From Waterburya sp. (GTDB taxonomy: Bacteria; Cyanobacteriota; Cyanobacteriia; Cyanobacteriales; Xenococcaceae): 64,000 bases of DNA. Positions 50,196 through 60,122 of the stretch are shown here, one piece after another. The position numbers and the translations under genes were made by a program. Where the stretch lies: the NCBI GenBank assembly GCA_965217895.1, contig CBDCJV010000002.1:1952001-2016000 (forward strand), in the 5' to 3' direction. The notes under the pieces were generated by a model, which did no database searches, had not been told where the DNA came from, and saw only the letters and a program-made list of their open reading frames with translations. Position 1 is the first letter of the stretch. Every line of letters begins with the position of its first letter.

Positions 50196-51500
50196 GTGAT
50201 TAAATCTCGCTCCCAACCCAGAACAACTAATTCCCCTAAATTTAAGCTCAAATATTTGGGACGGCAAATATTAGATTCGCTTTATTCTTGGCGACGGCTA
50301 GACTGGTTTTTACTTGTATCAGTAGTTGGTCTAACTATCTTTGGTGGTTTTACTATTTACAGTACAGAATCCTCTTCAACTCATAGCTATAGCTATCAAC
50401 ATTGGACAATTAGCCTCTTAGGTTTAGGATTAGTTTTGTTTTTGTCCCGTTGGCGTTATCAGTCTCTATTGCGCTGGCATTGGCTGATTTATGTTCTGAC
50501 TAATCTTTCTTTGATTGCGGTGATGATTACTGGGGTAACTGCAAAAGGAGCGCAGCGTTGGATTACGGTGGCGGGATTTAATGTTCAGCCCTCAGAGTTC
50601 GCCAAAATTGGCATGGTAATTACTCTTGCTGCCCTGTTACACAATCAAGATGGAGCAAATTTAAAAACGGTTTTACGCACTCTGGCAATTACAGCAATTC
50701 CCTGGGGACTAGTGTTTTTACAGCCCGATTTGGGTACTTCTTTAGTGTTTGGCGTAATTGTATTGACCATGCTGTACTGGGCTAACGTTAATACGGGTTG
50801 GTTAATTTTAATGACTTCTCCCTTAGTTTCAGCTATTCTTTATCACCTTTATCTGCCTGGATGGTTGATTTGGGTTCTAGCTGTAGGAGGAGTTGCCTGG
50901 CTGACTTTACCTGCAAAAATTGTTTCTACCCTCAGTGCGATCGCTATAAATTTGGGCGCGGTAGAATTGGGCAATGTTTTCTGGGGACTGCTTAAGGATT
51001 ATCAACAAGCTAGACTTACTATGTTTCTCGATCCCGAACAAGATCCTTTAGGTAACGGCTATCATTTGATTCAGTCTCGAATTGCGATCGGCGCAGGTAA
51101 ACTTTGGGGACAGGGATGGCATCAAGGAACACAAACAAACCTTAATTTTATTCCCGAACAGCACACTGATTTTATTTTTTCGGCTGTAGGAGAACAGTTT
51201 GGTTTTATTGGTAGTATTCTCTTGCTAGCAGTGTTTTGGTTTATTTGTATGCGTCTAATGTGGATTGCTTCTACCGCTAAAGATAATTTTGGCTCTTTGT
51301 TAGCCATAGGTATTCTCAGTATTATTGCTTTTCAAGCCGTAATTAATATTAGTATGACTATCGGACTTGCACCCATTACAGGAATTCCTCTACCCTGGAT
51401 GAGCTATGGACGATCCTCCTTGTTATCTAGTTTTATTAGTATTGGCTTGGCAGAGTCAGTAGCTAATCATCGAGAAAGCAAAACTAGAAAATCTTACTAA
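50196..51500 (+). CDS. rodA: Rod shape-determining protein RodA
   Basis: GAQRW, QPSEFAK, QPDLGT, PEQHTDFIF, TGIPLPWMSYG. Confidence 0.95.
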   Translation: MIKSRSQPRTTNSPKFKLKYLGRQILDSLYSWRRLDWFLLVSVVGLTIFGGFTIYSTESSSTHSYSYQHWTISLLGLGLVLFLSRWRYQSLLRWHWLIYVLTNLSLIAVMITGVTAKGAQRWITVAGFNVQPSEFAKIGMVITLAALLHNQDGANLKTVLRTLAITAIPWGLVFLQPDLGTSLVFGVIVLTMLYWANVNTGWLILMTSPLVSAILYHLYLPGWLIWVLAVGGVAWLTLPAKIVSTLSAIAINLGAVELGNVFWGLLKDYQQARLTMFLDPEQDPLGNGYHLIQSRIAIGAGKLWGQGWHQGTQTNLNFIPEQHTDFIFSAVGEQFGFIGSILLLAVFWFICMRLMWIASTAKDNFGSLLAIGILSIIAFQAVINISMTIGLAPITGIPLPWMSYGRSSLLSSFISIGLAESVANHRESKTRKSY

Positions 51501-51581
51501 TTGAAATTATTTATAACACCATCTATTAGTTTTTCTATAGAGAACATATGGTGTTTGGGTATGAACAATTAGTAAATCCAA

Positions 51582-54500
51582 TTAAAGTTTTTGTATCAAC
51601 ACTACTAATTGATTAAAAGATTGAGTTATGGTCATAGACTGTGCCGAAATTCGCTCGGCGATGCTTGCTACTTCCTGTACAGAATCTTTGGCAAAGGTTG
51701 AACTCTGGGTTTGATTTTCTACGGATCTAGAAATATTTTCAATTAGAGAATTCATCTTGTTGTGTAAAGTAACAACTCGATCTAACTTTTGACGAACTGC
51801 TTGAAACTCTCCCACGCCACTGATTAATTGCTCTGTTCCTGAGTCTAAAGTAATTGTTTTTTCTCTTATCTCGGTCTGAATATTGACAAACAATGGTTCG
51901 ACTTTAGCAGAGGCTTCATATAGCTGCTGCATTAAAGAGAAAATAGTATCAGACAAATCCATAACTGAGTTTTGACTACCTGCTTCAATCTGACTACGAT
52001 TTACTGCTCTAATTATGTTCATAGACTGTTGAACTATTTGCTTACTCAAATCTCTGAGCGTATTGACAGTTTCCGAAAGCTTTTGGGAAGAATAACTAAG
52101 ATTATCGAATCCAACTGCGACATTTTGAACCGTGCGCTGAATATTAGAAATGCTGTCTACAGCACGGTCTAAACTTGCCTGAGTATCTTGTATTACTAGG
52201 TCATTTTGCTGTTCTTGGAATTTAACCTGCTGCACATTTAAGGCTATGCCGTTGAATGAATCAGCAACCTTTTGGATTTGATGGAGAACGTTAATTGTTG
52301 TCTCCGATTGACGCATAGCCTCCTGAGAAAGAGTTTGATAAGCGTCTCCATTGTCGGCAAGGATCTCAACTACCTGATTTTTAAGAGTCTCTGTTTGCTC
52401 GTATTGTTGATGGGATATTTGGTTATTTGTTTGAGTTGATTCTTGAAGCTGTTCTAGGAGTTTGGCATTATCTAGAGCAAAACCAACCTGCGTGGCAACT
52501 TGAGCCATCCAGCGAATTTCAGCCTGCTGCCATTCACGGGTATCAGAACATTGATGGGCTACCAACAAGCCAAACAGCTTGCCTTCATTGATGATTGGCG
52601 TTACAAGATTAGCCTTAACCTCTAATTTTTCGAGCTGCTCAATGTAACATTTGGTCATGTCCGCTTCGTAAATATTGTTCCAGGCGCGGACGCGACCATT
52701 AAGATATTTGTCTCGATAAGTAGGTTCAAAGCAGGGATCGTCTATTTTTTGACCTAAAGCTCGTGTCCAACCAGGGGCAACAGATTCGGCAAGTACTGTG
52801 CCATAGCGAAAATCCTGGTTTAAACTGTAGACTACTGCGCGATCGCATTCTAAAACCCGCCTTACTTCTTTGACGCTAGCTTTGAGGATATCTTCGGTTT
52901 TAAGGGATTCTCTAAGATGCTGAATAGCATCGGTAAAGTGTTCTGTCCATTTGTTTTCGTCCTCTACCTGCTGCTGTAAATGTCTAGCTTTGACTAATAA
53001 TTTGGCATTATCTAGAGCAAAACCGACTTGTGTAGCAATTTGAGCTACCCAGCGAATCTCAGATTGCTGCCACTGACGAGGATTGGAACATTGATGGATA
53101 ATTAATAAACCAAACAGCTTATCTTTTTGAACAATTGGCGCAACTAAGTTTGCTTTGACCTCTAATTCTTCTAATTGTTCTAGATAACAAGGGGTAACAT
53201 TAACATCGTAAATATTATTTAAGGCGCGAACTCGACCATGACGATATTCTTCGATATATTTAACCGCTAAACAAGGGTCATCGATCATTCTCCCTTTGGC
53301 TTTAGTCCATCGAGGCGCAACTGATTCAGCTAGCACTAAACCACAATTGTTTTGATCCAAACTGTAAATCACGACGCGATCGCAGTTTAAAACTCGCCGT
53401 ACTTCTTCGACGCTGACTTCAAGCAGATCTTCTTCTCGCTCTAGTGATTCTCGGATGTAGTGAGTCGCATCGGTGAAATATTGGGTTAGTTTGGCTTCAT
53501 CTTCTAGCTGATGCTGCAATTGTTTGGCATCGGCTAGTAATTTGGCATTATCAAGGGCAAAACCAACTTGAGCGGCAATTTGAGCTACCCAGCGAACTTC
53601 AGGCTGCTGCCAATTACGAAAGTCCGAACACTGGTGAGCTACCAATAAGCCAAATAGTTTACCCTCATTGATAATCGGAGTTACGAGATTGGCTTTAACC
53701 TCTAACTCTTCTAACTGCTTGACATAACATTGAGTCATCCCCGCTTCATAAATGTTGTTCCAGGCGCGGACGCGACCATTAAGATACTTGTCTCGATAGG
53801 TAGGTTCAAAACAGGGGTCGTCTATTTCTTTGTTCAAAGCCTTTGTCCAACCAGGAGCAACGGATTCGGCAATTACTGCACCATAGCGGAGATCTCGGTT
53901 TAGACTATAGACTACCACGCGATCGCATTCTAAAACCCGCCGTACTTCTTTGACGCTGGCTTTTAAAATATCTTCTTGATTGATAGATTGACGAATATAC
54001 TGAATCGCATCGGTGAAATGTTGATTCCATTTGTTTTCACCTGCAGCTAATAATTTTTGTGATTCAGAGTCAGAAATTACTCCACCGTTAAACGAGGAGG
54101 TAATCTCTAAGCGTTGGTCAGTGTCGGCAAGTATTTCAGTATATTCGAGCATCAAACCTACTTGATTACCGATTTCAGTTATCCAGTTAATTTCTTCTTC
54201 TTGCCAATGGCGAGGGTTGGAACACTGATGGGCAATTAATAAACCAAATAATTGACCCTGACTGACAATTGGTGCAACTAAGTTTGCTTTTACCTCTAGC
54301 TCTTCTAGCTGTTCGAGATAACAAGGAGTAATACTCGCGCTGTGAATATCATCTATAGCGCGGACTCGACCATTTTTATATTCTTCGATATATCTAACCG
54401 CCAAACAGGGATCGTCGATCATTCTTCCTTTAGCTTTAGTCCATTGGGGCGCAACCGACTCAGCTACTACTATCCCATAATTATTTTCGTCTAAACTGTA

Positions 54501-55286
54501 AACCACCACGCGATCGCACTCAAGCAGATAACGTAGTTCATTAACTGTAGTGTTAAGGATATTTTCTTGTCCCAATTGATCGGCTATTCTGTCGTTGACA
54601 TCAGAGAACAATTTAGTTTTGTTCTTCTGAATCTTCGTCTGTTGTTCTAAACGTTGAGTATTTCCATTGCTATTACCGTTTTTTTCTAGACCCATCGTTA
54701 GAGAATTTTTGCTTTTTGCTGTTTGTTGTGCTGTTTCTAAAACTTCATGGTTAGAAGACCGACTAAGGGGTATATTTCCATTTCCAATTGACTCAGACTT
54801 TTGAGCTTTGACAATATTAGAGAGAGCAAACCCTGCTGTGTTGGCTTTTTGGGTTAAAAATGTGCTTGTTTCAGAATTCCAAGCGCGAAATTCAGAGCAT
54901 TGTTGAGCAACCAAAAAAGCTAATAATTCGTTATAGACAGAGATCGGCGCAATTAATAGACTCTTGATTTTCAGTTTTTCTAAGTCTTCTAATTTGCTTT
55001 TGCTTATATCTGTGTCATAAATATTATTTATAGCTACAGCTTGACCATAGCAATACAGTTCTAGATACTCTTCTGCTAAAAAAGGATCTACAATCGTCTT
55101 TCCTAAAATAGAAGCATATTGAGAATCTACAGACTCAGCCATTATTTCTGATTTGGGCAGTTCACTAGCATCATAAATAATGACGCGATCGCATTTAAGG
55201 GTTTTCCTCGTTGTCTCAACAGTAAGCCAGAATATTTCTTCAAAATGCTGATAACTATTTGTTTTTAGATTAGGAGATTGACTCAT
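51582..55286 (-). CDS. Soluble 5-GAF cyanobacteriochrome with degenerate MCP-like C-terminal coiled coil (PixJ-related)
   Basis: GAF1 lacks both Cys; GAF2-5 carry DPCL/DPCF plus CY; MCP-length helical tail without LALNAAIEAARAGE. Confidence 0.85.
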   Translation of the reverse strand: MSQSPNLKTNSYQHFEEIFWLTVETTRKTLKCDRVIIYDASELPKSEIMAESVDSQYASILGKTIVDPFLAEEYLELYCYGQAVAINNIYDTDISKSKLEDLEKLKIKSLLIAPISVYNELLAFLVAQQCSEFRAWNSETSTFLTQKANTAGFALSNIVKAQKSESIGNGNIPLSRSSNHEVLETAQQTAKSKNSLTMGLEKNGNSNGNTQRLEQQTKIQKNKTKLFSDVNDRIADQLGQENILNTTVNELRYLLECDRVVVYSLDENNYGIVVAESVAPQWTKAKGRMIDDPCLAVRYIEEYKNGRVRAIDDIHSASITPCYLEQLEELEVKANLVAPIVSQGQLFGLLIAHQCSNPRHWQEEEINWITEIGNQVGLMLEYTEILADTDQRLEITSSFNGGVISDSESQKLLAAGENKWNQHFTDAIQYIRQSINQEDILKASVKEVRRVLECDRVVVYSLNRDLRYGAVIAESVAPGWTKALNKEIDDPCFEPTYRDKYLNGRVRAWNNIYEAGMTQCYVKQLEELEVKANLVTPIINEGKLFGLLVAHQCSDFRNWQQPEVRWVAQIAAQVGFALDNAKLLADAKQLQHQLEDEAKLTQYFTDATHYIRESLEREEDLLEVSVEEVRRVLNCDRVVIYSLDQNNCGLVLAESVAPRWTKAKGRMIDDPCLAVKYIEEYRHGRVRALNNIYDVNVTPCYLEQLEELEVKANLVAPIVQKDKLFGLLIIHQCSNPRQWQQSEIRWVAQIATQVGFALDNAKLLVKARHLQQQVEDENKWTEHFTDAIQHLRESLKTEDILKASVKEVRRVLECDRAVVYSLNQDFRYGTVLAESVAPGWTRALGQKIDDPCFEPTYRDKYLNGRVRAWNNIYEADMTKCYIEQLEKLEVKANLVTPIINEGKLFGLLVAHQCSDTREWQQAEIRWMAQVATQVGFALDNAKLLEQLQESTQTNNQISHQQYEQTETLKNQVVEILADNGDAYQTLSQEAMRQSETTINVLHQIQKVADSFNGIALNVQQVKFQEQQNDLVIQDTQASLDRAVDSISNIQRTVQNVAVGFDNLSYSSQKLSETVNTLRDLSKQIVQQSMNIIRAVNRSQIEAGSQNSVMDLSDTIFSLMQQLYEASAKVEPLFVNIQTEIREKTITLDSGTEQLISGVGEFQAVRQKLDRVVTLHNKMNSLIENISRSVENQTQSSTFAKDSVQEVASIAERISAQSMTITQSFNQLVVLIQKL

Positions 55287-55367
55287 TGATTGCCTAGGTA
55301 GATAGTTTTTAAAATATTTGAATAAATCGACAATTGCAATTAAAAAACTCGTTTAGCCGTCCCTTCA

Positions 55368-55580
55368 CAAGTAGCAGATAGCAAGTAGCGCAGCCTGGAG
55401 GCTGCCGACGTTGCTCCGCGTCTGCAAGTTCAACCTCTGCCTGAACTCAGAGGATTTAAGAATTGAATTGTTTTTTCACCTTTTCCTCATGAATGAGGAG
55501 GCGCAATTACCAACTTCGGAGTTTTTCTTAATTGCTATCTGCTATTTACTACTTGCTACTTCAACTCCAAAGGAGTTGGT
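55368..55580. repeat. Multi-hairpin composite repeat in divergent promoter region
   Basis: TAGCAGATAGCAA/TTGCTATCTGCTA outer IR; GCAGCC-tgga-GGCTGC, CCTCTG..CAGAGG, CCTCAT-ga-ATGAGG, CAACTCC-aaa-GGAGTTG. Confidence 0.65.
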
Positions 55581-55796
55581 AAAATCAAATTCCAGGGGCA
55601 AAAATAACGTTTAAAAACAATTGTTTAGGTAAAATTACTTAATACTATCTAAATATAGCTTATCTAATATCGATAAAATAGCTTGAAAATTTTTTATGCA
55701 CAATTTTATTCGGCTTTTCCAGGCACAATGTTTGGTCAGCATTTTCACTTAGTATAAGTAGAAAGTAAACACATTACTGACTTTAAAATTAATTTT

Positions 55797-56837
55797 ATGG
55801 GCGATCCGTATGAGAAAAGTTATGAAAAGCTAACTTTTATTACTGTAGGTATAGCAGCCTTTGTTTGTCTAGCATGGTCAGTAGGATTAGTCAGCAAAGG
55901 AATTTGGCAATTGTCCAAATTCAGGATTGAAGTTGGGTCAAACAGCAAAAATATTCCTGATTTTTCTCGTGTGCCAAATGTAAATACTGGAATCTTCAAT
56001 TATGGCGGTAGCACCGCTTGGGCTTCGCTTCGTTTAGCCGTAGACTCAGTTATTCAGTCAGAACGACCTGAAATACAATTTCGCTATGTTCAACCTCAAG
56101 ATGAGCCGCCAGGCTCTAGCCCAGGAATTAGAATGCTGCTCGAAGGTCAAGTAGATTTTGTCCAATCTTCTCGTTCTCTACGTCCAGAAGAATATCAGCT
56201 AGCTAAACAAAAAGGCATAAAGCTTAAACAAGTGCCAGTGGCTGTTGATAGTATCGCTGTGGCAGTTAATCCTAAGCTTGACATTCCTGGTTTGACTCTT
56301 AGCCAACTCCAAGCAATCTACACGGGAAAAATAATCTCAAATTGGCAAGAAATAGGTGGACCCGATCTACCCATTACCCTTTATTCTCGTCCTGTCAGTG
56401 CGGGAGAAAAAGTCAATTTTATTAATTCTAAGATCTTTCAAAATAGGGAAATGGGTTCAAATGTTAAATTTGTGCCGACAGCTACTCAAGCTCTTCGTCA
56501 ATTAGCTAATAATCCAGGAGGCATTTACTATGATTCCACGGCAACAATTATGCCTCAATGTACTGTCAAACCTTTGCCTTTAGGGAAGCAAAAGAATGAT
56601 TTGGTTGCTCCTTATCAACAGCCTTTAGTACCTGCTTCTGAATGCCCTCAAAGGCGCAACCAACTAAATGTTAAAGCTCTACGTACCGCACAGTACCCTC
56701 TGACTCATTATTTATATGTGGTATTTCGGCAAAGTGAAGACGGTAAGTCACAAATTGGTCAGGCATATGCTAATTTCCTGCTTACTCCTCAAGGTCAAAA
56801 GCTGATAACCAAGGCTGGCTTTGTTCCTCTTAACTAG
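55797..56837 (+). CDS. Membrane-anchored PstS-like substrate-binding protein
   Basis: YGGST, GS..GI.ML, SSR, VAVD.IAVAVN, YPL..YLYV; no pstCAB nearby. Confidence 0.85.
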   Translation: MGDPYEKSYEKLTFITVGIAAFVCLAWSVGLVSKGIWQLSKFRIEVGSNSKNIPDFSRVPNVNTGIFNYGGSTAWASLRLAVDSVIQSERPEIQFRYVQPQDEPPGSSPGIRMLLEGQVDFVQSSRSLRPEEYQLAKQKGIKLKQVPVAVDSIAVAVNPKLDIPGLTLSQLQAIYTGKIISNWQEIGGPDLPITLYSRPVSAGEKVNFINSKIFQNREMGSNVKFVPTATQALRQLANNPGGIYYDSTATIMPQCTVKPLPLGKQKNDLVAPYQQPLVPASECPQRRNQLNVKALRTAQYPLTHYLYVVFRQSEDGKSQIGQAYANFLLTPQGQKLITKAGFVPLN

Positions 56838-56843
56838 TTGGTT

Positions 56844-59800
56844 TTAAAGTTCTTTACGTTCTGATAGCTGTTGAGCAAACTCAGCTAACTTGCGAAAAGA
56901 ATCAGTGACAATTAAAGATTGTTGGGAGATCTGATCTGACACCTCAGTAATATCGCCGATAAATTGATTTGTTAAAAGCAAGCGTGGTTCTGATTCTGAG
57001 CTTTTAGTTAAATCCCCTGTAATTACATCTAGATCGTAATCATAGCTATCCATTGGCTCCAAAGTTACTTCACTAGCTTCAAGAATAATTTCTCCCATTG
57101 GTAACTGGGCTGGTTGATTCGGTGCTGATGAACGATTGCTCTTTTCTTTTATGTCATTAATTAGTTTGACCATTTGATGCAGATTCTGGTGCGACTGATT
57201 TAGTATTTCAACTTTTTTTGCACCATCAACATCATTCTCTATTTGAGTATTGTTTGATATGCTAGGCATTTCTGGTGTTGCTGTTAACTGATGGCTAGTT
57301 TTTGCTCTAAGATCCTGCAATTCAGCTTGGTTTTCTGTTAGTAGCCTGGAGATCTTTTGATTAAGACTTTGTTGTTCTAGGTATTGTTTGTCAGTCTCAT
57401 TTCTTTGGGCATTCTTGGCTGCATCCAATGCTTCTCTTAACTGGACTCGATCTAAAGCTAATCCCAATTGCAGAGCCAGTTGAGCAAACAGATCTATTTC
57501 CGACTGTGACCACGGGCGAGGCTGTTGGCATTGATGTCCAATAAGTAAACCAAACAATTGCTCGTCCTGCAAAATTGGTACTATTATACTGGCTTTGACC
57601 GATAAAGATTCAAGCTGTTCTAAATGATATGCTGTTAAATTTGCCTGATGAATATTAGCGATCGCCTCTGTCTCACCCTGACGGTATTTTTCGCCATATT
57701 CTTTGGCAAAGCAAAAGTCTTTTATTTGAGAATTTAAAGCTTTAGGATAACCAGGGACAACCGATTCAGCGACAATATTTCCGTTTGGATTGTCATCAAA
57801 CTGATAGACGATTACGCGATCGAGCTTAATTACTTTACGAGCTTGTTCGACGGCTATTTTTAAGAGTTCGGATTTGTTAACTTTTTCGCTGATACCAAGA
57901 CTAAAGTTGTTTAATAGTTGCGTTGGCAGACCGTCATTTTTTGATTTTTTTAGCAGTTTTAGCAGTGTGGCATTGTCGAGGGCAAAACCTACTTGGGTGG
58001 CAATTTGTGTCATCCAGCGAATTTCATAATCCTGCCAGTTGCGAGTTTGACTACACTGATGAGCTACCAGTAAACCAAACAGCTTTCCTTCATTAATAAT
58101 TGGCGTAACTAAGTTGGCTTTTACCTTTAGGTTTTCTAGCTGTTCGATATAGCATTTGGTCATCCCTGCCTGATAAATATCATTAATGGCTCTAACCCTA
58201 CCATCACGGTACTTATCGAGATATCTAGCTTCAAAACAGGGGTCTTCAATGGTTTTATTTAATGCCCTGGGATATCCTGCTGATACAGATTCGGCGATTA
58301 CTACGCCGTACTTGTCTTGATTAAGACTATAAACCACTACGCGATCGCATTCTAAGACTCTTCTGACTTCTTCGACGCTGATATCTAGAACATCATCTTG
58401 TTTGATTGAGGCACGAATGTATTGAATACTATCGGTAAAGTAGTTAGTCCATCGGCGTTCTCTTTCTGCTTGAATCTGAGCGATCGCTGATGCTGCTAAT
58501 ACCTTAGCATTATCGAGGGCAAAACCTACTTGGGTGGCAATTTGTGTCATCCAGCGAATTTCATAATCCTGCCAGTTGCGAGTTTGACTACACTGATGAG
58601 CTACCAGTAAACCAAACAGCTTTCCTTCATTAATAATTGGCGTAACTAAGTTGGCTTTTACCTTTAGGTTTTCTAGCTGTTCGATATAGCATTTGGTCAT
58701 CCCTGCCTGATAAATATCATTAATGGCTCTAACCCTACCATCACGGTACTTATCGAGATATCTAGCTTCAAAACAGGGGTCTTCAATGGTTTTATTTAAT
58801 GCCCTGGGATATCCTGCTGATACAGATTCGGCGATTACTACGCCGTACTTGTCTTGATTAAGACTATAAACCACTACGCGATCGCATTCTAAGACTCTTC
58901 TGACTTCTTCGACGCTGATATCTAGGACATCATCTTGTTTGATTGAGGCGCGAATGTATTGAATACTATCGGTAAAGTAGTTAGTCCATCGGCGTTCTCT
59001 TTCTGCTTGAGTTTGGAGATCGACCAGATCGACTAACAACTTAGCGTTTTCCAAAGCCAAACCAGTTTTTTTGGCTAGCTGGTGTAAAAACTTAATTTCT
59101 CCTTGCTGCCACTGTCGTGGTTGATCGCACTGATGAGCTACAAGCAAGCCAAATAGCTTGCCTTCAATGATAATAGGCGTAACTAAATTGGCTTTTACCT
59201 CTAGTTTTTCTAGCTGTTCGATATAGCACTGAGTCATGCCTACTTGATAAATATCATTAATGGCTCTGACCCTGCCGTCGCGGTATTTATCCAGATATCG
59301 AGCCTCAAAACAAGGGTCTTTTATAGTTTTATCTAACGCTTGCGTGTAACCAAAGGCTACTGACTCTGCCACTATTACGCCGTACTGATCTTGGTTGAGG
59401 CTATAGACTACAGCGCGATCGCAATTCAAATAGTTGCGTGCCTCTTCTACAATGGCTTTAAGAGTATTTTTTTGTGAAACAGACTGGCTTGAATTATCAA
59501 TAAACTCTTCATATACTTGAGTGTTCGCTTCTTCAGCCATTGCCGATTTAGACGTTTTAGACATCGAATCGAAAAGCCGTTTTGTTCCCAAAGCCGCGAT
59601 CGCACCAGCCAGTAAAGCTGTTATTCCAGTACCAATTAATAGAGCAGCCAGTAGTTCTTGTTGTCTGGCTAACTCTGTTTCGGCCAGATCTATGTTATCA
59701 GATCGTTTTGCCAAGATTGTCTGTTTATCGACAGCTTGACTACCAAAATAGTAGGTTGCAGTTCCTACTGCGAGTATAGGTAACATTATTGCACTACCTA

Positions 59801-60122
59801 CCAATGCTGCTGCTGTTTCAGCTTTCAGCCTTTGAAAGATTGATTTGCCTAAGTTTTTACTCGGTGGTTTTGTCTCAACCCTAATTAGTTCACCTCTTTT
59901 GTCAGCATTTTCTGTATGCAAATTAGCTTGCTCTTCTGCTGGTTCAAAGACAGCTGATTTAGAGGCTTTAACTAATGTAAGTTTATCTTCTGCCTTATTC
60001 AATGAAACCGATCTCTGAGAAATATCAGTTAAATTAGTTTGGCGATTAATATCAGTTTTAAGTACCTGAGAACTAAATTTATCTTTGCCGTTGTTGGTTC
60101 TGTTGCTAGGCGTTTTAGTCAT
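56844..60122 (-). CDS. Membrane-anchored 4-GAF cyanobacteriochrome with MCP remnant (PixJ-related)
   Basis: Two TM helices; GAF1-3 DPCF+CY; GAF4 DFCF but AYH; tail QISQQS..DSFRKL resembles MCP terminal helix. Confidence 0.85.
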   Translation of the reverse strand: MTKTPSNRTNNGKDKFSSQVLKTDINRQTNLTDISQRSVSLNKAEDKLTLVKASKSAVFEPAEEQANLHTENADKRGELIRVETKPPSKNLGKSIFQRLKAETAAALVGSAIMLPILAVGTATYYFGSQAVDKQTILAKRSDNIDLAETELARQQELLAALLIGTGITALLAGAIAALGTKRLFDSMSKTSKSAMAEEANTQVYEEFIDNSSQSVSQKNTLKAIVEEARNYLNCDRAVVYSLNQDQYGVIVAESVAFGYTQALDKTIKDPCFEARYLDKYRDGRVRAINDIYQVGMTQCYIEQLEKLEVKANLVTPIIIEGKLFGLLVAHQCDQPRQWQQGEIKFLHQLAKKTGLALENAKLLVDLVDLQTQAERERRWTNYFTDSIQYIRASIKQDDVLDISVEEVRRVLECDRVVVYSLNQDKYGVVIAESVSAGYPRALNKTIEDPCFEARYLDKYRDGRVRAINDIYQAGMTKCYIEQLENLKVKANLVTPIINEGKLFGLLVAHQCSQTRNWQDYEIRWMTQIATQVGFALDNAKVLAASAIAQIQAERERRWTNYFTDSIQYIRASIKQDDVLDISVEEVRRVLECDRVVVYSLNQDKYGVVIAESVSAGYPRALNKTIEDPCFEARYLDKYRDGRVRAINDIYQAGMTKCYIEQLENLKVKANLVTPIINEGKLFGLLVAHQCSQTRNWQDYEIRWMTQIATQVGFALDNATLLKLLKKSKNDGLPTQLLNNFSLGISEKVNKSELLKIAVEQARKVIKLDRVIVYQFDDNPNGNIVAESVVPGYPKALNSQIKDFCFAKEYGEKYRQGETEAIANIHQANLTAYHLEQLESLSVKASIIVPILQDEQLFGLLIGHQCQQPRPWSQSEIDLFAQLALQLGLALDRVQLREALDAAKNAQRNETDKQYLEQQSLNQKISRLLTENQAELQDLRAKTSHQLTATPEMPSISNNTQIENDVDGAKKVEILNQSHQNLHQMVKLINDIKEKSNRSSAPNQPAQLPMGEIILEASEVTLEPMDSYDYDLDVITGDLTKSSESEPRLLLTNQFIGDITEVSDQISQQSLIVTDSFRKLAEFAQQLSERKEL
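57976..59010. repeat. Near-perfect tandem duplication of one GAF domain (period 537 bp)
   Basis: 57976-58473 vs 58513-59010, only 2 differences seen in 498 bp. Confidence 0.93.

Noticed and set aside
55411..55614. 67-aa ORF
   Set aside because: Lies within a palindromic repeat composite; no coding evidence.
57976..59010. DGR template/variable repeat pair
   Set aside because: Both copies are in-frame domains of one gene with two synonymous changes; no reverse transcriptase present.
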